Assembly: GCA_030601305.1 (NCBI GenBank)
Contig: JAUVTV010000001.1
Location: 1-47,246 of the forward strand
Source: Candidatus Eiseniibacteriota bacterium
GTDB lineage: Bacteria > Eisenbacteria > RBG-16-71-46 > CAIMUX01 > WJJG01
Length of the DNA: 47,246 nt
Direction: 5' to 3'
Part shown: piece after piece, positions 44,958-47,246 of the stretch
How positions within the stretch are numbered: the stretch's first letter is position 1
Layout: the number at the start of each line of letters is the position of its first letter
Translations under genes and position numbers: made by a program
Notes under the pieces: generated by a model
Databases searched by the model: none
Told to the model about the DNA's origin: nothing
Seen by the model: only the letters and a program-made list of their open reading frames with translations

Positions 44958-47246
44958 GGCACCCGAAACGCAGCTTTGCTGCCCTGCTTGCCCGCGCGCA
45001 CCGCTCGCGGCGGTGGCGCATCGCGGCCGAGGGTCTGCTCCGCTGGCTGGGCGCCTGCGTGCCCGGCTTGGCCGCGCTGTTCCTCTTGGCGCTCATCCTG
45101 CCGCCGACGCAAGCTTGGTCTGCGGTGATGGCGCTGGTCGCCGGTGTCGGGGTCATCGCCGGTTTCGCCGGCTGGTTTCTCGTTCCCGTGCTGAGGCCGT
45201 TGCCGCTGTCGGCCTACGCCCTGTGGCTCGAGCAGCGCGCGCATCTGCCGCGCAACGAGCTGATCAACGCGCTGCAGCTCGAGCGCGATGTGGCCGCCTG
45301 GCACGACGATCCGGTCTCTCGCGAGCTTGTGGCTCGCTCGATCGAGCGCGGCGAGCGCAGGCTTCCCGCCCAGACCCTGCGCGCGCTCCACGCCGAGCGC
45401 AGCCTGCGGCCCTATCTGTGGCGCACCCTCCTGGGCGTCCTGCCGTTCCTGGCGGTGGCGTCTCTCTCGCCGCTCCGCTTCGGCGACGCCGCGAGCCTCT
45501 TCCTGTCGGCCGGGAGCCACTCGGTGGTTCCCGCGATCGAGCTGCAAGTCGAGCCGGGGGATGTTCGCGTCGAGCGCGGGGCGTCGGTCGAGATCCAAGC
45601 CACGCTCGCGGGGCGCCGGCGCCCGGCGGGGGCGCGCATCGAGATCCGGCGACCGGACGGCGTCTGGACACACACGGAGATGAGCCGCACGGAGACGGAC
45701 CGGCCCGAGGAGGATGGCTACCGGTTTCTGGCCAGCGCCCTGAGCGGCGACATCGAGTACCGCGTGAAGGCCGGTTGGGCGGCGAGCGACACCTATCGGA
45801 TCCGCGTCCTAGAGCGTCTCCAGGCCGTGGGCTATCGCAAGCACTACGAGTCCCCCGCCTACACTGGCGTGCCGCCGCAGCGGGAGATCTCCTCGCGCGG
45901 CGATCTCGCAGCGCTCATCGGCACGCGGACACGCCTCGAGGTCCGCCACCGCCGGCCCGGCGCCACGGGCCGGCTGCTGTTCGCCGACGGCGGCACGCGA
46001 AGCCTCGAGCCGTCCGGGACGCAGTCGCTGGCGACGACCCTGGAGCTGGTTCGAAGCGGAGCCTATCGGGTGGAGCTGGCCGACGCGCACGAGGGGGACC
46101 TGTGGGTCTCCGACACGTTCCGCATCGAGGTTGTCCCCGACCTCGATCCGGTGGTGCGTCTGCTCAGCCCGGGGAAGCGGATCGACGTGCCCCCCGACAT
46201 GTACGTCAATCTGGTGGTCGACTGCGTCGACGACTTCGGCATCACCGAGCTGGCGCTCGTCTACGGCCGTCCGGGGGATGACCCCGCGCGCCGAATCCTG
46301 GCGAGCTGGGAGGACGACAAGGAAGCGCGGGTCACCTTCAATTGGAACCTGGACGCCGTGCAGCTCCTCCCGGGCGATGAGATGCACTACTTCCTGCAGG
46401 TCTACGACAACGATCCGGTTCGCGGCCCCAAGGTGGGAGAGACCGAGCTCTTCACGATCCGCTTCCCCAGCATGGCCGAGATGTACGCGAATGCCGAGGA
46501 GGAGCGCCACGAGGAGATCACCTCGCTGTCGGACGCGCTCGATTCGCAGCAGGAGCTGCGCGAAGAGCTGCGCAAGGTAGCCCAGGAGATGCTTCGCGAG
46601 GAAGATATCTCATGGGAGCGGCAGCAGGAGATCGAAGACTTGCTCGAGCGCCAGGAGGCGCTTGCGCAGAAGGTCGAGCAGATCCAGCAGTCGCTCGCCG
46701 CGTCACAGGATCGCATGGAGAACCAGAACCTCTTCTCCATGGAGATGATCGAGAAGGTCCAGGAGATCCAGGAGGTCGTCGCCCAGATCGAGAGCGAGGA
46801 GTTCCGGCAGTCGTTGGAACGCATGCACGACGCCTTGGAGAACCTCGACCGCCGCGAGCTGCAGCGGGCCATGGAAGAGATGAAGATCACGCAGGAGGAA
46901 ATGTCCCAGGCGCTCGACCGCACGCTGCAGATGCTGCGCCAGCTCCTGGCCGAGGAGAAGCTCGACCGGATCCTGCAGAAACTCGATGAACTCGCGGCGC
47001 GGCAGGAGGAGATCAACACGCAGCTCGAGATGGGCGCGAAGCCCCCCGAGCAGGGCGACCTCGCGGAGAAGCAAGCCGGGGAAGAGGCCGAGAAGCAGTC
47101 CGGCAAAGAGAAAGGCGAGTGCGACCGGCCGATGAGCGCCGAAGAGGCCGAGGAACTCGCCGCGCAGCAGGAACAGCTGCGCAAGGAGCTCGAGAAGCTT
47201 CAGGAACAGCTCGAGAAGATGCAGCGCGAGGAGCTCGAGGGGCTCG
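44954..47246 (+). CDS. 5' part (764 codons, open to the window end) of a very large membrane-anchored protein with a long acidic coiled coil. It may be DUF4175-like.
   Basis: The ATG at 44954 overlaps the upstream stop (ATGA). The ORF is absent from the track because it has no stop in the window. It has two N-terminal TM helices, a beta-rich middle region (e.g. DEMHYFLQVYDNDPVRGPKVGETELFTIRF) and then E/Q/L-rich heptad-like sequence. Confidence 0.75.
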   Translation, partial: MRHPKRSFAALLARAHRSRRWRIAAEGLLRWLGACVPGLAALFLLALILPPTQAWSAVMALVAGVGVIAGFAGWFLVPVLRPLPLSAYALWLEQRAHLPRNELINALQLERDVAAWHDDPVSRELVARSIERGERRLPAQTLRALHAERSLRPYLWRTLLGVLPFLAVASLSPLRFGDAASLFLSAGSHSVVPAIELQVEPGDVRVERGASVEIQATLAGRRRPAGARIEIRRPDGVWTHTEMSRTETDRPEEDGYRFLASALSGDIEYRVKAGWAASDTYRIRVLERLQAVGYRKHYESPAYTGVPPQREISSRGDLAALIGTRTRLEVRHRRPGATGRLLFADGGTRSLEPSGTQSLATTLELVRSGAYRVELADAHEGDLWVSDTFRIEVVPDLDPVVRLLSPGKRIDVPPDMYVNLVVDCVDDFGITELALVYGRPGDDPARRILASWEDDKEARVTFNWNLDAVQLLPGDEMHYFLQVYDNDPVRGPKVGETELFTIRFPSMAEMYANAEEERHEEITSLSDALDSQQELREELRKVAQEMLREEDISWERQQEIEDLLERQEALAQKVEQIQQSLAASQDRMENQNLFSMEMIEKVQEIQEVVAQIESEEFRQSLERMHDALENLDRRELQRAMEEMKITQEEMSQALDRTLQMLRQLLAEEKLDRILQKLDELAARQEEINTQLEMGAKPPEQGDLAEKQAGEEAEKQSGKEKGECDRPMSAEEAEELAAQQEQLRKELEKLQEQLEKMQREELEGL

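Overview
The window is GC-rich bacterial chromosomal DNA, roughly two-thirds G+C by eye (not computed). It is densely coded and I saw no rRNA, tRNA, CRISPR array, transposase or integrase. The gene content, together with a FlgD-Ig/T9SS-like C-terminal domain at the left edge, suggests an uncultivated FCB-group or Eisenbacteria/Gemmatimonadota-like lineage. That placement is a guess only.

I call 46 protein genes. Many long ORFs in the track are antisense or off-frame artefacts of high GC (Arg/Pro/Gly-rich) and I do not call them. Two real ORFs are cut by the window edges and are missing from the track: 3..212 and 44954..47246.

Housekeeping blocks:
- groES-groEL, then hflX-trkH-trkA.
- surA-like, S4 protein, ftsE-ftsX-envC-like, holB, PSP1/ricT-like, tatD, rsmA and a sugar nucleotidyltransferase. 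Many of these have overlapping stop/start codons.
- secD-secF.
- A delta/alpha/beta-gamma 2-oxoacid:ferredoxin oxidoreductase.

Less ordinary regions:
1. An ArsR-controlled cluster encoding a DsrE-like protein, TusA, a NarI/DsrM-like cytochrome b and an HdrD/DsrK-like CCG iron-sulfur protein (3.6-6.9 kb).
2. A tightly packed four-gene membrane-protein module with no family I can name (6.9-10.0 kb, minus strand). It lies downstream, on the same strand, of a MenA-like UbiA prenyltransferase, an alkaline-phosphatase-family/TPR protein and a LOG-like TIGR00725 protein.
3. An 888-aa UbiA prenyltransferase fused to an extra membrane domain and TPR repeats.
4. An NtrC-family activator with degenerate receiver, Walker B and GAFTGA motifs, next to an unusually AT-rich groES upstream region.
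5. A near-consensus sigma-70 promoter driving about 290 nt of structured non-coding RNA inside an outer-membrane/lipoprotein cluster.
6. A DUF4159-like gene followed by a very large coiled-coil membrane protein.

The four-gene membrane module is my best candidate for an undescribed system. The evidence for that is only the absence of motifs I recognise plus tight operon organisation.
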